Below are positions 41,306 to 55,597 of a DNA stretch of 64,000 nucleotides, piece after piece (the first letter of the stretch is position 1; each line of letters begins with the position of its first letter). Under the pieces are notes generated by a model that was not told the origin of the DNA, did no database searches, and was given only the letters and a program-made list of their open reading frames with translations. A program made the translations under genes and the position numbers. The stretch is from the NCBI GenBank assembly GCA_964016885.1, contig OZ024745.1:62310001-62374000 (forward strand), in the 5' to 3' direction. Source of the stretch: Eledone cirrhosa. Lineage: Eukaryota.

Positions 41306-41699
41306 CTACGTTACTAACATAAACGTTAGCACTTATGAAATGACTTGATACACACACACACACATACACACACATCCTCCCACACACACATATATATATA
41401 TATCGAGATGTGTATAAACTCAATGTATCATAATTGTCAGCAATCATGCAAGTCAAAGTATTCGAACACGGTGAGACATTTCATAATGGCAGGTTAACTG
41501 AAGACAAAGGTACCCCAGAGCATAATTTAAGATTAGAGAAAGTTAACAAAAGATGTATATCAAATTAACTTTTATTTTCAAGATATGTTCCGATTGCTGT
41601 AGATAAAAATACAATTAATTAACAGTTAACATTAAAAATAATTGCATTATCGATGTGAAACACATTGATAACACACACACACTAACAATAAATAGACAG

Positions 41700-43000
41700 A
41701 CCAAAATCCGAAGAATACTCGATCACCGTGTCAATGAAAAAAATTCCATTGCTGAGGAGCAAACAGCTGTGCAGAAAATAATATTGGAATGTGTTGCGCA
41801 ATTATCAATGATGAAATTTGTGATGGAAAACACGTATCAATAAAATATACATCAGGATAAGAAAAATATGGTCCCTGCAAGTCACTGCGTACATTAAATA
41901 AATTGACTGTAATGGGTTTGCTATACGTGTTTTATTACCAACATGCTGACTACTGGAAGAATAGACGTCAGATGATATCCGATCCACTGATGTTAATATG
42001 CAAAACATTCTGACTGGAACCAGAAATTTCCGTATCAACAGTGACATAGACCGTATCTACCTGGAGGCAGAGGTTAGGCAGATATTTAAACGGCGATTGA
42101 ATGGTCATTATATCCCTTCGACATCATCTACTCACCACTGTATGTATATAATAGTCATCCATAGAACATGTCTGCCTAATAAGGCCCTGAAATATCATAA
42201 GAGGGAGCTTCTTCAGAAAGAGTCACTGAATATAGACCAAAAAACATACTCATGAAATTTCTCAGTAAAAGAGCAACAAAGCAAAGGATGAGAAGACGTA
42301 TGCCTATCAGCGGAATCTCATGCATGGCGAGAGTAATATAGATAAATAATATAATATTAGATAAACCAACGGTATATTATCTCTCAATTTGAAGGAGGTG
42401 ATTTTTAAATCCAGGAAGAACAGACATCATCGAAATACGTGATGCATGATAGAGATGTAGGAAAAGCCTATAGATCTGACAACAGATACAGAAACTATCG
42501 ATTAAACATCGATAATCTGAACCACATAATAAGCAGCTGTTTGAAGATGTGATCACGAACCACCTTAGATTTTAAGCGTGATGTATTGGTCAAAACAAGA
42601 TTCAATGCAATCTTTAGAATGGAAAGTCTTGAAGTTAAAACATAAATCAAATAAGAAGTTACAGCAATATGAAATGCAACGTCACACATAATATGGCACA
42701 GTACAGGTGCAATGTAAATATAACAGATGGGGTATAAAGATATGAGAGCGACACGCGAATACCTTAAGAATAGCGGAAATCTGCTGCCCATCAAGTTTTT
42801 ATACGATGATAGTAGTAAGTGAAAAAGAAGATATTCATGCTGAACTAATTTGGATATTATAGATATTCCATTCTGACTATACCTTTGATTTGAAGTAAAG
42901 ATAATTGGATTAATTTGTTAAGTTACCCATTGACATCGCACAAACCGTGAGAAGCTTGCATTTACAGAACCAGAAAGAAAAAGGCTAATTAAGGAAATGC
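41700..43000 (+). mobile_element. Decayed R4/Dong-like non-LTR retrotransposon remnant
   Basis: IAEEQTAVQK..ECVAQLSM resembles LPEEQKGCRK..GCKDQLLI, and LTGTRNFRINSDIDRIYL resembles HPKADVDRLYL. Heavily deleted. Confidence 0.5.
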
Positions 43001-43404
43001 ACGTACAGTCCATTAGTAGAACTGTAAATATAGGCAAAGATACATATGACATATCTGCATGCAAATGCATATGGATTTAGCAACCTCTCTCTATCTCCAC
43101 ATATAAAGCAAAGTATACAGATCCACATATGCAATGAAATTCATATCTGCAAACATTAACAAATACATAGACATATATATATAATTGCCTTGTTGGTCTT
43201 CTCTAAAATCAAATGAGTCTTGTTTCTGTCATGCACTCTCTCTAGTAACGAGTCATTAATAAATAATAAAAAGAAATATATATAGTAAAAGCTCTAGCCT
43301 ATAGAAATGCTATATGAAATAAATCTTGTAACATCTCTACGTATTACGTTTAGAAACATAATTAACTGTGGTTTCTTTTCGTTCCTCTATGACAATCAAA
43401 TTCA

Positions 43405-43473
43405 TACATACATACATACATACATACATACATACATACATACATACATACATACATACATACATACATACAT
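43405..43473. repeat. (TACA)n microsatellite
   Basis: Directly visible. Confidence 0.97.
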
Positions 43474-44029
43474 AGTAGATAGGTGAGTAATGACTATTAC
43501 ATGTGGTTTGCCAGTCAGTGCATTCAGTGAAGTTCCAAAGTACCGTTACGTGAATGGTTAACATTTCCTTGCAGTAAAGGTCTAAGGTCAGCTGTAATCT
43601 GCAGAGGTTAAATAAAAGTAAGCAGGAACAAAGTTTCAAGTTTGCATCATATATAAAATTTATTCCCATATGGCAACTGTTTCGATATCGATCAGCTGTA
43701 GGAGTGATCGTGATGACCCAGCCCACTATATCGACATTAGACATACGGTCTTATATGTGCAGAACAGTTTCAAACGCGTTTGTACGTGGCTCACAATCTC
43801 TCTTTTTAATAAAAAGTGAAACCAGACCAACTTACATACATACATACATTAAATGTTCGAGTGTGCATATATGTACTCATATAAACACGAATGTCTGATG
43901 AACTGCCGAAGCAGCAGAGTAGGGACCTGATCATCATAATCGCACGTTGAGCAGACCTACACCAAAACAGTTGTCACGTGTGAAGACAGTTTATATATGA
44001 TACAATTCTGAGAATTCTCCCCTGCTTAC

Positions 44030-44120
<91 letters not shown>

Positions 44121-44125
<5 letters not shown>

Positions 44126-44498
44126 CTAGAAATTGGTTAACATATAAATAAACATGAATAATCACAGGAGATAATTTTTACAAGTGTGTAACCACACATA
44201 GCTAGGTAGGTAACTAAATAAAGTTGACCAGAACTTCAAAAATAGATACCTTATAATATGATTAATCTTCCTTGGAACTTCTTCCTTGTTGAAAATCCAA
44301 GTCCCCACTTCCGTGGTTTACCATCCGATTAATTGGTGAAATATATTTCTTTAATGGAATATATACAGGGAAGATTAATCATATTATAAGGTATCTATTT
44401 TTGAAGTTCTGGTCAACTTTATTGTGGTTACACACTTGTAAAAATTATCTCCTGTGATTATTCATGTTTATTTATATGTTAATCAATTTCTAGTTATT
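44121..44498. repeat. Inverted repeat (arms 44121-44271 and 44369-44498) starting at a (TA)n edge
   Basis: AATAACTAGAAATTG...GATTAATCTTCC versus GGAAGATTAATC...CAATTTCTAGTTATT; the left arm has about 21 extra bp. Confidence 0.93.
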
Positions 44499-44623
44499 AT
44501 AAAATGCTCGGACCTACTCGTTAGAATCTTAGAGCTTATTTTGCGGGTGATATGGCGCATGTCTTTCTGGCATGACACCCATAATTTTGATTTAGATTAA
44601 ATTCATTTGATTTATCTTAATTT

Positions 44624-44684
<61 letters not shown>

Positions 44685-44884
44685 GTCGGTAGCACTAAGA
44701 CATTGTTAAAAGATAATAGAGGTGTATATGAAAAGAGATATAATCATATAACTTTATATAAATATGTCTAGCGTCAGGGACAATCACTTAACCCGAGCTG
44801 GAAAAGAAAAAAAAAACATTTATTTACCAAAACATATAATATATGTAATTTATATTTATATATATTTTCATATACAGTTCTTAG

Positions 44885-45610
44885 CTTCGTGTAATATTGG
44901 ACCGCAACGTGATCTATCAAGAGCACTTATAGAGGATTGCCGGAAATCTCATGACCAGGATTAATATCATCCGCAAGTTAGCAGGTAACAATGGGGTTTG
45001 ACGCAAGGACACTCCGAAATGCGTGCTTAGCACTTGCATACTCAGTTGCAGATTAATGCTTCACCTGTGTTGGTAGACAGTTGCAAAATCGGCAACGAAA
45101 ATAGTATCTGACACGCTGAACTCTACACCTACTCAATGGCTATCTACCCTTTCTGATAAAGCTCCTTCTCACATGAGATGATCTGCGAGGCAGCACTTCT
45201 TATAAAATCCAAGGCAATCTTGCCATCCATGACGACTAGTAAAACATTCCCATCACGCCCTTGAAACCGGGGAAACAATTCTGGAACTCTATGAAAACCT
45301 TTCATGACGATAAATTTGATCTGAAAGAATAATTGCTAAGATCATTGATTGAATTCAGATTGGCCAGCCAAGGTCTTGTCCAGGACCACACATCTAAAAC
45401 AGCCGGCTTTAATCTTCCTAGAAAGCAATATCTATCATTTAATAGGATCTGCACCATACATGTCACTATTCATGGAAAATGAAAGACAGCCTAGTTTGTG
45501 ACTGAGAACACTGACCAGACTGTGTTGCATGTTGTTCGGGATTGCCCACTCAGACCTTTACCCTGCGGCCTGTAGTGCAATCCATGATAATATAAATGAC
45601 TCCTTAGTTT
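44885..45610 (+). mobile_element. 5'-truncated Vingi/Ingi-like LINE relic
   Basis: VILDRNVIYQEHL..RINIIRKLAG, DARTLRNACLALAYSVAD, TPTQWLSTLSDKAPSHMR, GFNLPRKQYLSFNRI and DQTVLHVVRDCPLR are collinear with the Vingi ORF C-terminus. Confidence 0.75.
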
Positions 45611-47562
45611 GACTTACCAGTCTCGATCTGTCTCTAACCATTGTTCATATGTGGTAGGACAAGAAGATGTACACCTCTCTCTCCCGCTCTCTTTCTTTCC
45701 CTCTCTCTATAAATATACATATTCATTTATGTACGCATGTAAGCATGTAGCTATGTGTGTATGTGTGTATGTATCTGTGTGTATGTATCTGTGTATATAT
45801 CTGTGTGTGTTCTTGTGTATGAATGTTTGATGGAAACGAAAGAGGAGAATAAATATTGAATACGAGAACAATCTTTGTACTCAAGGAAATAAATTGTGAA
45901 ATACATTTTTACTGATAGGGACACAAACACCCACAGCAATTTAGTTACAACGAGGTATAGTTATAATAGCAATTATATATTATATTAGAATAAATAGTAT
46001 GGGGACCGGAGATATAGTCGTAATAATAGCTTTTATTTGAATGTAAAATGGTTAAATTTTAGGATAGGTTGGTATATTCGACACAATTCAAGTTATCGTT
46101 CTCATCTCATTTTCTGATTAATAATATACAAATAACAATTCTAATATGTCAACACATAATATCCTCACAATGTCAATTACAGAAGAATGTAAATATTATG
46201 CTAGAATTTTCTTCGAATCGAATTACAATCATTCTTCTTTGAATGGATAATAGAATGCTTGGTTATTTTCGTATTCTTTTGTGTTTTTATATAGTTTTTT
46301 ATTTATCTATGTTTTATACGATAATATAATAGAATTATATAAACGTGCTTCTCACATGACGTCGGGTAAGTGCATGCGGGCATATGATTTGCCTTACAGA
46401 AAAAAATAGCCCAAAACATCTTCATATTCATTCAATTTTACGCAATATTCTCCTTGTCGACTCAACACGCTACATAAACCAGAATTTGTGAAGGATATTC
46501 CCCTCGAGAACCACTTCTATTTAGTAATTATCATGTTAAATTTCAGATTTCACATCACTGAATATTAGATCATGATCCTCCGATTTCTGTACCCCCATAT
46601 AATTACAAGGACTTCATTTTATATTGTGAAATGAATTCGTTTTTTGGCTTTAAAAAATGTACATTTATGTTATGTGGTGAATATTCCATCCTTTAACATA
46701 TCAATAGTATTATTTATTTAACAGCTGAAGCCAAGAATTTTTAGTCATCCCAAGAATTTACTTCATTTCATGTACCCTTCATCAATTCTGTTGTTTCTCA
46801 ATTTTTAAATTATTTTATTTGATATTCCTTTAGCATTTACTGTAATAACTGATTGATTCCCTATTTGGTTTGTGCATATAACATATCATCACAATACATG
46901 TGAAGGTTTAATCAGAACTTCACTGTGATTACATTTCTACTGCTACATCGTTTTGCAGCAAACATCTCAGATAATGATAATCATTTCATCTTAGCAAATC
47001 CCTAAGAATACTTATTACGCTTGATAAATATTTTCTTTGTATCATCTATGATGAGTATATATGTGGTAGGTTTCGATTTAAAGTAAATATTCTTGTTGAA
47101 TATTGAGGTTAGTGACTATGTATATGATTGGGGTGTATGTGTAATAATGATGTTGGTGATGAAGATGAGGAGGAGTGGAAGCAGGTGGAGAAAGAATATT
47201 GGGAGGAAATAGATAAAGATGAGTAGTACAAGGAGGAAAAAAACATGTGGTAAGCGTATAACGACGATGAATAAAAGATTTACAATGAAAACATTTATAT
47301 TAAAATTAATCATCACGATGAGCATCGATTTGACACTGAATATTGTCATTGCAAATATTACCGTAATAGTACACAAATGGTTTGTTTCTATTGCAGTTTA
47401 TTATTTAATATTTTTTTTTAAATCAGAAGGTGTAGAAACTGACTTGCATATAGACATACCCTCATACATACACACACACACACACATATATACATAAACG
47501 TATTCTTATATATATATATAAAAATGAAAATCCGAAGGCAAGGTAAAATTCCAATCATTTAA

Positions 47563-47636
47563 TCACGACACATGTTTCAATAAGAGATAGATCGATTGTG
47601 AAGCCATGATCGGTTATCACTGATCTCATCAGGTGA
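47563..47636 (-). ncRNA. Hammerhead ribozyme candidate (mirror copy)
   Basis: Reverse complement of 47960-48033. Confidence 0.65.
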
Positions 47637-47959
47637 AAAGGAATTGTCTTCTTGATATGAGGGAGAAACGATAACGATGTTCTCCACAGAATTCATTCCC
47701 TCATATAGAGACACACCAGTCAGTCAGAGACATGGCGACTGCTATTAGCTTTAGTTGAGGTCATAGAAGTTTTCAGATTTCAGTTTTCAGCGTCCTTTGC
47801 AACGATAGAAATCTGAAAACTTCTATGACCTCAACTAAAGATAATAGCAGTCGCCATGTCTCTGACTGACTGGTGTGTCTCCATATGAGGGAATGAATTC
47901 TGTGAGAGAATATCATTATTTTTTCTCCCTCATATCAAGAATTTGAAGACAATTCATTT

Positions 47960-48033
47960 TCACCTGATGAGATCAGTGATAACCGATCATGGCTTCACAA
48001 TCGATCTATCTCTTATTGAAACATGTGTCGTGA
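47960..48033 (+). ncRNA. Type I hammerhead ribozyme candidate, minimal helix III
   Basis: TCAC-CTGATGA-G[long irregular helix II]T-GAAAC-ATGT-GTC-GTGA. Helix I TCAC/GTGA, GUC triplet, palindromic ACATGT in helix III. Confidence 0.65.
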
Positions 48034-48197
48034 TTAAATGATTGGAATTTTACCTTGCCTTCGGATTTTCATTTTGATACTTATACTCTGTTTTATATCA
48101 TCTAGCTGTTCCCTCGAATGGAATTGGAGATATATAAAAGCGTGGAGAACTTAATATTGCTAACATAAAGTTATTGGACCATTTTAGACAACCAATA

Positions 48198-49710
<1,513 letters not shown>

Positions 49711-49934
49711 CTAGATATATTTCTTGATTTACCATAAAGGCATAAAAAGAAGGGACAAATACAAAGGGGGAGTTTACATACAATCGAGTAAAAAGGGAAG
49801 AAAATGAAAATAATCGAAAACAACCTCAAAAGGGAGGGGACGTGATGGGGGTTGCACACACCCCCGAAAAAGTGTGCAATCCTTTGCCCGGGGAGCACAT
49901 GGAGAGGGTGCTCCCCTCTCCTTCACTTCTTTAC

Positions 49935-52235
49935 CTACAGGATGGTATACAGAGAAGGCCCATTTACACGAGCCATTCTCGCCACTATCACCCACCTTTC
50001 ATAAAACTGCCTGTGACCAAGCACCTCTCTCTCCATTCTTATCCTTCTTCCGAAGTGATATCGGAAGAAGTAGACCAGACTATGGCCAGTGAGGAAGTTG
50101 CCTGACCTCAGACCTTTCAATTGTGTCCACCAAACAACCTCTTTCAACATGGCTCTTACACACAGAAAAACCGCCTTTGCTTCCTTTGTGAAAAGGGGAG
50201 GCGGTTTGATTGTCATCACGGACTCGGCGGTCAATCGAATCGGCGCCACCCGCGACAGCAGTCGTTCGGCGTAGCCCCACAGGTCAGCCACGCCCGGACA
50301 TTGCACCAATGCGTGCGCAACGGTTTCTTCGTGACGCACGCATCTAGGGCAAATCTTTTTCGAGGGATCCCTGCCCGGGCGCCCGTGTCTGTAGAGCCTC
50401 TCTCGAACGGGTAGAGCCCCCCGGTAGCACTGCCAGGCTAGTGACTTCTGGAAGTTGTCCATTGGTCCCGGGCCGAAAGTCCTACCGAACAGGCTGGCCA
50501 GTTCGTCCTCTTCCATGTCCAGCGATTCTCCAAGGGTGTCATCGCCCCTGCTAGCCACCAGCCCTCTATAGAATGATGAGGTGGATTCTCCACCGATGGC
50601 CTGGCCCGCTTGCCAGAGAGCCCTGAGCGCCTGCGCACACTCAGTGTGCCAGTCTCCCAGTTTTCCGGATCTTTGCTTGACCAAGGACTGCAGCTCAGTG
50701 AGCGAGACGAGTCTCAGAAAGGCTCGTTTCACGAACGGAGCCCACACCGGTTGACCAGTGAGGAATACCTGTAGGTGCCGTAGCCTTAATGCGTGCCTAC
50801 GCATCATCAACCACGGCATCCCCAGCCCTCCTTTCGAAGGTTGTTGGCAGCAGATGGATCTTCTCACCATAGGAGGGCGCTTCTTCCAAAGAAATTGGAA
50901 GAGCATGCGTTCCATGGTGGTGAGTGTTTCCTTAGGGCAAGGCACGACAGTCAGGCGGTAGTAAGTGACGGACGCTATGTAAATGTTCGCCACCTCCGCC
51001 CGGCCTTTTAGGGACAGCTTACACTTGGCCCATTTCTGGGTTAGTGCAAACACCTTGTTCGTAACCTCGTCCCAGTTCTTTTCCACCTGGAGGTCCGGTC
51101 CAAACCAGACCCCAAACAACTTCACCGGGCCCTCCGTCCAGTGTCCGACGACACCGTCGGGAGGCATCGGTCTGCCTCTCCACGTTCCGAGTTGCAGCCC
51201 GATGGATTTTTCCCGGTTCAGTTTCGCTCCTGACAACCTTTCGTAATCCTCCCGTAAGGTACCGATCGCCTCGAGCTCCGAGTCGGTCGATACCATTATT
51301 GTTATGTCATCGGCGTAGGCCGACACCGCTTTGCTCAATCCTGGTTCCAGGGGGATACCCTGCAACAACACCAACTTCCTCAGTAAGTGCTCGAGAGTCA
51401 ATACGTACAGAAGGGAGGAGAGAGGGCACCCCTGTCGAATGGATCGTGTGATTTCGAACGGCTTCGAAAGGTAGCCGTTCACCTTGATCCCAGAACAGAT
51501 GTGGTTGCTATGTAAGGCAGTGATCCAGCCTCTGAAAACAGGACCGAACCCAGCCGCCGCTAGCACCGCATCCAGGTAACCATGGTCGACCCTATCGAAG
51601 GCCTTAGACTGATCCAAGTTGATCAGGGCCCCACCGAAGCCGGGTTTGTTGCCAACCCTCTCTATGATGTATCGCATGAGGTGGAGGTTATCGTGAATGG
51701 ACCTGGATGGGATAGCACATGTCTGCGCATCTCCCACCAGGCCACCCACGGCAAGCGCCAACCTCTTTGCTAACACCTTGGCCAAAATCTTTAACTCTGT
51801 GTTTAGCAGGGTTATGGGCCGAAAATTATTTATACTATCCCCCTTGTTTTCGTCCTTCCTCACCAGCGAGACTACGCCCTTGGCTACAGAACAAGGAATT
51901 CTCCCGTTCTGCTGCCAATTGCAGTAGAGCGCTTCGAGGAGTTCGGAGAAGAAGACCGGCATTGCTAAATAAAGTTCGTAAGGTATACCATCGAGACCTG
52001 GAGATTTGCGTCTGCTGCATTGGCTCAGCGCATCCCCGATCTCATCAGCCGAGATTGGACCCTCACAGGAATCTGCCTCTTCGCTCGAGAGACGCGGCAG
52101 GCCGTCGAGGTATGAACTGAAATCCATGTCCCCGCCCGGACCCTCGCCTCCCCCGAATAATCGGGCAAAGTGCCTTTGAAAGGCCTCGCACATCTGCTTA
52201 GGCTTCCGGATCACCCGTCCATCCTCGTCTTGCAA
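49935..52235 (-). CDS. LINE ORF2 C-terminal 766 aa: reverse transcriptase plus zinc-binding domain
   Basis: KSPGLDG, NFRPITLLNTELKILAK, LDQSKAFDRV, RQGCPLS, YADD, GGLG, CPRC..EETVAHALVQC; no internal stop. Confidence 0.93.
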   Translation of the reverse strand: MQDEDGRVIRKPKQMCEAFQRHFARLFGGGEGPGGDMDFSSYLDGLPRLSSEEADSCEGPISADEIGDALSQCSRRKSPGLDGIPYELYLAMPVFFSELLEALYCNWQQNGRIPCSVAKGVVSLVRKDENKGDSINNFRPITLLNTELKILAKVLAKRLALAVGGLVGDAQTCAIPSRSIHDNLHLMRYIIERVGNKPGFGGALINLDQSKAFDRVDHGYLDAVLAAAGFGPVFRGWITALHSNHICSGIKVNGYLSKPFEITRSIRQGCPLSSLLYVLTLEHLLRKLVLLQGIPLEPGLSKAVSAYADDITIMVSTDSELEAIGTLREDYERLSGAKLNREKSIGLQLGTWRGRPMPPDGVVGHWTEGPVKLFGVWFGPDLQVEKNWDEVTNKVFALTQKWAKCKLSLKGRAEVANIYIASVTYYRLTVVPCPKETLTTMERMLFQFLWKKRPPMVRRSICCQQPSKGGLGMPWLMMRRHALRLRHLQVFLTGQPVWAPFVKRAFLRLVSLTELQSLVKQRSGKLGDWHTECAQALRALWQAGQAIGGESTSSFYRGLVASRGDDTLGESLDMEEDELASLFGRTFGPGPMDNFQKSLAWQCYRGALPVRERLYRHGRPGRDPSKKICPRCVRHEETVAHALVQCPGVADLWGYAERLLSRVAPIRLTAESVMTIKPPPLFTKEAKAVFLCVRAMLKEVVWWTQLKGLRSGNFLTGHSLVYFFRYHFGRRIRMEREVLGHRQFYERWVIVARMARVNGPSLYTIL

Positions 52236-53369
52236 CGACCGGATGGTGGATCGATTTCCACTCTTAGCTTCTGTAACGCGGGCCCAGCCAACGGCTTTGG
52301 CCTCTCATTACCTAGAGCACGTATTTTACTTCGAATGACGCAGCCTTCGTGCTTTGCATCGAAAAACTGGTTCAAGGCCGTCCTCGATGCCAGTACTCTG
52401 GCCACATCTTCGCTCTCAATTGCCTCTTCTAATTTACCTGTTAATTCTTTCTCGTTTCTATTTCTATCGGCAGCTAACATCATGCTATAACTTATTGATT
52501 CTGTTCTAATCTCTCTTTTGAGAGATGCCCACCATCGGTTGTTGACGATTGCACCCGTCAACCTCTCCTTAACTAATCTGCTAATCCGGTTTCTGTAAGT
52601 CTCTTTTGCCGGTAAAGACAAATTAAGTTTCCAGTAACCGGGACCCTGTTTATGTGTTTTCTCGAGATTGACTACGCAGGCCACTAATTTGTGATCCGTA
52701 TAGCCAACCGTGAGCATTTCTGGACATCTTAATATGTCCCTATCCTTACTTCTAACTAAGAATCTATCTAAGTACGATCTAGATTGACCACTGTGGTTCG
52801 TCCAAGTCCAGGTAGTCATAGTTGGAAAATCTAGTCGATATCTATCGACCAAGTTAAAACGGTCGAGTAACCCCTTGAGGCTGTTACACCCCCCTCTATT
52901 AGGACATGCCCCTCATGGTCCCAACGTGCATCTAGGATGTCATTCCAATCCCCCGCTAGAAGCAGGGAACGCGACGTTCCCAGAAAAGTCTCCAAACGCT
53001 GGAAGAAGTCGGGCCGTTCAGCTCCGAAGGGGAGTAGACGGCGACCAGTCTCAAGGCCGCACCTTCACTACTGCCAACGTCTAGCACCAATAAACGACCC
53101 TCCGGGTCCGAGTGAACAACCTGTACGGCAAGACCCAGTTGTTTTTGCAGCAGTACGACAACCCCACCCCCACCTCCAGGTTGACAGAGAGATGCATGCA
53201 CCTCAAAGTCATCGAAGGTAGGGGCCAGCTGCCGCACGACGCTGATCCGAGTCTCACAGATAACCATTACATTTATACCACATGACCTGAGGTCATTTTG
53301 AAGCTTTGCTTGCTTCCAAGTTGAGCCCAGGCCACGTGCATTCAAACATCCTACTCTTAACACATCCAT
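52211..53369 (-). pseudogene. LINE ORF2 N-terminal APE endonuclease, split by single-base indels
   Basis: LRVGCLNARGL, ICET, GDWN (alternate frame), YLDRFLV and YTDHKLV. Frame changes near 53020, 52890-52912 and 52303. Confidence 0.88.
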
Positions 53370-53402
53370 GTGGGCGGCAAAGCCAAAGGAGAGTGTAGAG
53401 AC

Positions 53403-55314
53403 CTACCTTTCTGCTTCCCGGGGTTCGCGTCGCACGACTTCCATGGGTCGGGGGTGTTGGGTGAAGGGGTGTCTTGTGGTGGTGTGGGGTCGGCAGTGTG
53501 TGGTGGGGTTGGGGTGTTTGGAGTTGTGTTGGGGAGGGGAAGGGGAGGGGGAAAGCTTTTTAGTAGGACGCGGTTTATGGGTTTGACAGAGGGGGGTCCT
53601 ACGTCCTCCTTAAAATCCTTTTTTAGTTTTTTGGTAGAGGTTCATTGGGATCTTTATTAATTTTAAATGTGGGTAGTTTTCTGAAGAAACAAAGTTTACA
53701 CCTTCGGTTTGTACCGAAGGATTATTGTTTATGAGTTCATTTAATGTATTATTGTTTCTGTTGATGTAAGTATAGTGTAATGTCTTTTTTTCGGATGGTG
53801 TGAGTGTTTCGAAGAGGGGAGGGGCAGGTTTGGTTTTGTTTGTTGCTGGAGGGGTGTTTTGTGATTTGTTGGATTGTGTTGACATTTGGGTGGGGGTTGT
53901 TTGGCCTTGTGTGTTTTGCACATGTTTTCTTTTTTTCCTTTTAATCTGTCTGAAGGACTCCGTTACTTCCTCCGAATTCGTTGGGTTATCTTCAGTGTTG
54001 GAGGGAAGAGGTATGTTTGCTGGTAATGTTTCTGTGTTGGTTTTCTTTGTGGGGGAGATGGATGTCACTATGTTAGACTGTGTTGTGTGTTGTGGCTGCG
54101 GTGGTTGTGTTGTTTTATTGAGTGAGGGGTTGGGTGGGCCTGTATTTTGTTTTGGGATAATGTGTTGTGACTGTTTGTGTTGTGGTGGTGGTGTAGTTTT
54201 ACTGAGGGACGGGTTGGGTGGGACTGAGTTTTGTTGTTTGTTTATCTGTTGTGGTGGTGCTGGTGGAGCTGGTGTTGGTAGCAGGGTTTTCTTTTTGTTG
54301 AGTTGGGGACAAGCCGCCTTCAGGTGCCCTATGCCTGCACAGATATGACAGGACGGCCTTCTCCCCTCCACGCTAATGTTTATATACCCGTGGCCCTCTA
54401 ATAGGATTCTGTCGGGTATTTGGGCGATGCGTTCAGGCTTCATTTGCACTACAAGTTCTATACCTGTTCCACTGAACGCATTGCCTGTGGTTTTCCCAAT
54501 GGAAATCACGTTGTCATTCGCTGGATCGATGAAGCCAGCTATGAGCCAGCAGTATTCCACATCTGGCATCATTGCATCCAGCCATATGCGTTGAGTTCTT
54601 TTACGCATATTAGATGGATAAAAGGTAAAATTTTTTGAACGAATCGGTGACAAAGCACATTTTTTTGCCGCCGATTCTTTCTTCATAATAATCGCTAGGC
54701 TTCCATACAGTCTGTCTTTTCTTATGAAAGTGGTTTCATTAAGTACTTCTATAAGTACTGTTTTGATTTCTGTTTGAGTTGGCTGTTCAGGTTTTTTAGA
54801 AATGTTGTTGATGGTGCGGAAAACGACCGTTCGACTTTCAATGTCTTTGGTAAGTTCTTGAGGCATTTTTACCGATAAAATACCATTTTCTCCTTCAGTT
54901 ATATATTGTTTGGCGTCTGTAATTCTTTGTGCCACATCTGAAATATTTTCAGGTATATATGTCAAAGATTTCTTTGTTGTTTGTGCAAATGAAATATTAT
55001 TGGTGTTGACTCTGTCGTCTGCTTTGCTTTCTGTTATGATGTTGTTTTCAAATGTTATTTTTGTGTTTGTCGTGTCTTTGTTTGTGGTATTAATATTGTC
55101 ATGCAACTTTTCAAATTTTTTTTTTTTCGTTGTTGGAATCAATGTCCAGATTTGTGTTTTCGTCATTTTTCTCCGCAGATTCGTCTGTTTTTATTTTATT
55201 TTTTCTTTCCTTCTCTATGACGTTAGTTGGGAAGGAAGGGGGGACTAAAGCGTACGAGCTTACAACTCTTACCGCTGTCCCCCCACCACTATTTTCGTTA
55301 GCTTCGTTTAACAT
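53403..55314 (-). CDS. LINE ORF1 (Gag-like CCHC zinc knuckle, Pro/Thr/Gln-rich tail), with two indels in A-runs
   Basis: Core ORF 53610-55166 contains CHICAGIGHLKAAC. The upstream ATG at 55314 joins across the T12 run at 55116-55127. The downstream frame DVGPP..KPINRVLLK matches the + copy and ends at 53403. Confidence 0.8.
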
Positions 55315-55550
55315 TTCTGTCAGACGATTGAAATTTGTTATGCCACAAAATTTAAAAAAACAGGTTTTTCACCCCTAGGAGGGGTAAAGATGAGCTGACC
55401 CACCGCCTGACAGTTCAGACGGGGGGTCAAGCTACACAATAGTATCAAAATTAAAATTGAACTTACAAAATTTCCGCAATAAATTTGAACAAAACTTCTA
55501 CGCGAAGTGAATTAAATCTACGCTGTAGAACAGACGACAGCTAGATGATC

Positions 55551-55597
<47 letters not shown>
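55551..55597. repeat. (AGAT)n(AG)n microsatellite at the LINE 5' flank
   Basis: Directly visible. Confidence 0.95.

Larger units (their letters stand above)
47521..48075. repeat. 555-bp palindrome (about 260-bp arms, 26-nt loop), inverted pLTR-like structure
   Basis: Arms 47521-47781 and 47808-48075 are near-perfect reverse complements. The palindrome starts at a (TA)n edge and each arm carries a hammerhead motif. Confidence 0.95.
49717..55538 (-). mobile_element. Near-intact full-length L1/Tx1-clade LINE
   Basis: ORF1 with a CCHC knuckle plus ORF2 APE-RT-CCHC. Flanked by AGCTAGAT at 49709 and 55539 and by GA/GATA microsatellites. Confidence 0.95.

Noticed and set aside
43890-43935. CTGATGA followed by a CTGC/GCAG hairpin as a hammerhead
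   Set aside because: No GAAA after the helix and no helix III
49842-55378. Plus-strand ORFs over the LINE (for example 53800-54348 and 51719-52120)
   Set aside because: Antisense shadows of ORF1 and ORF2
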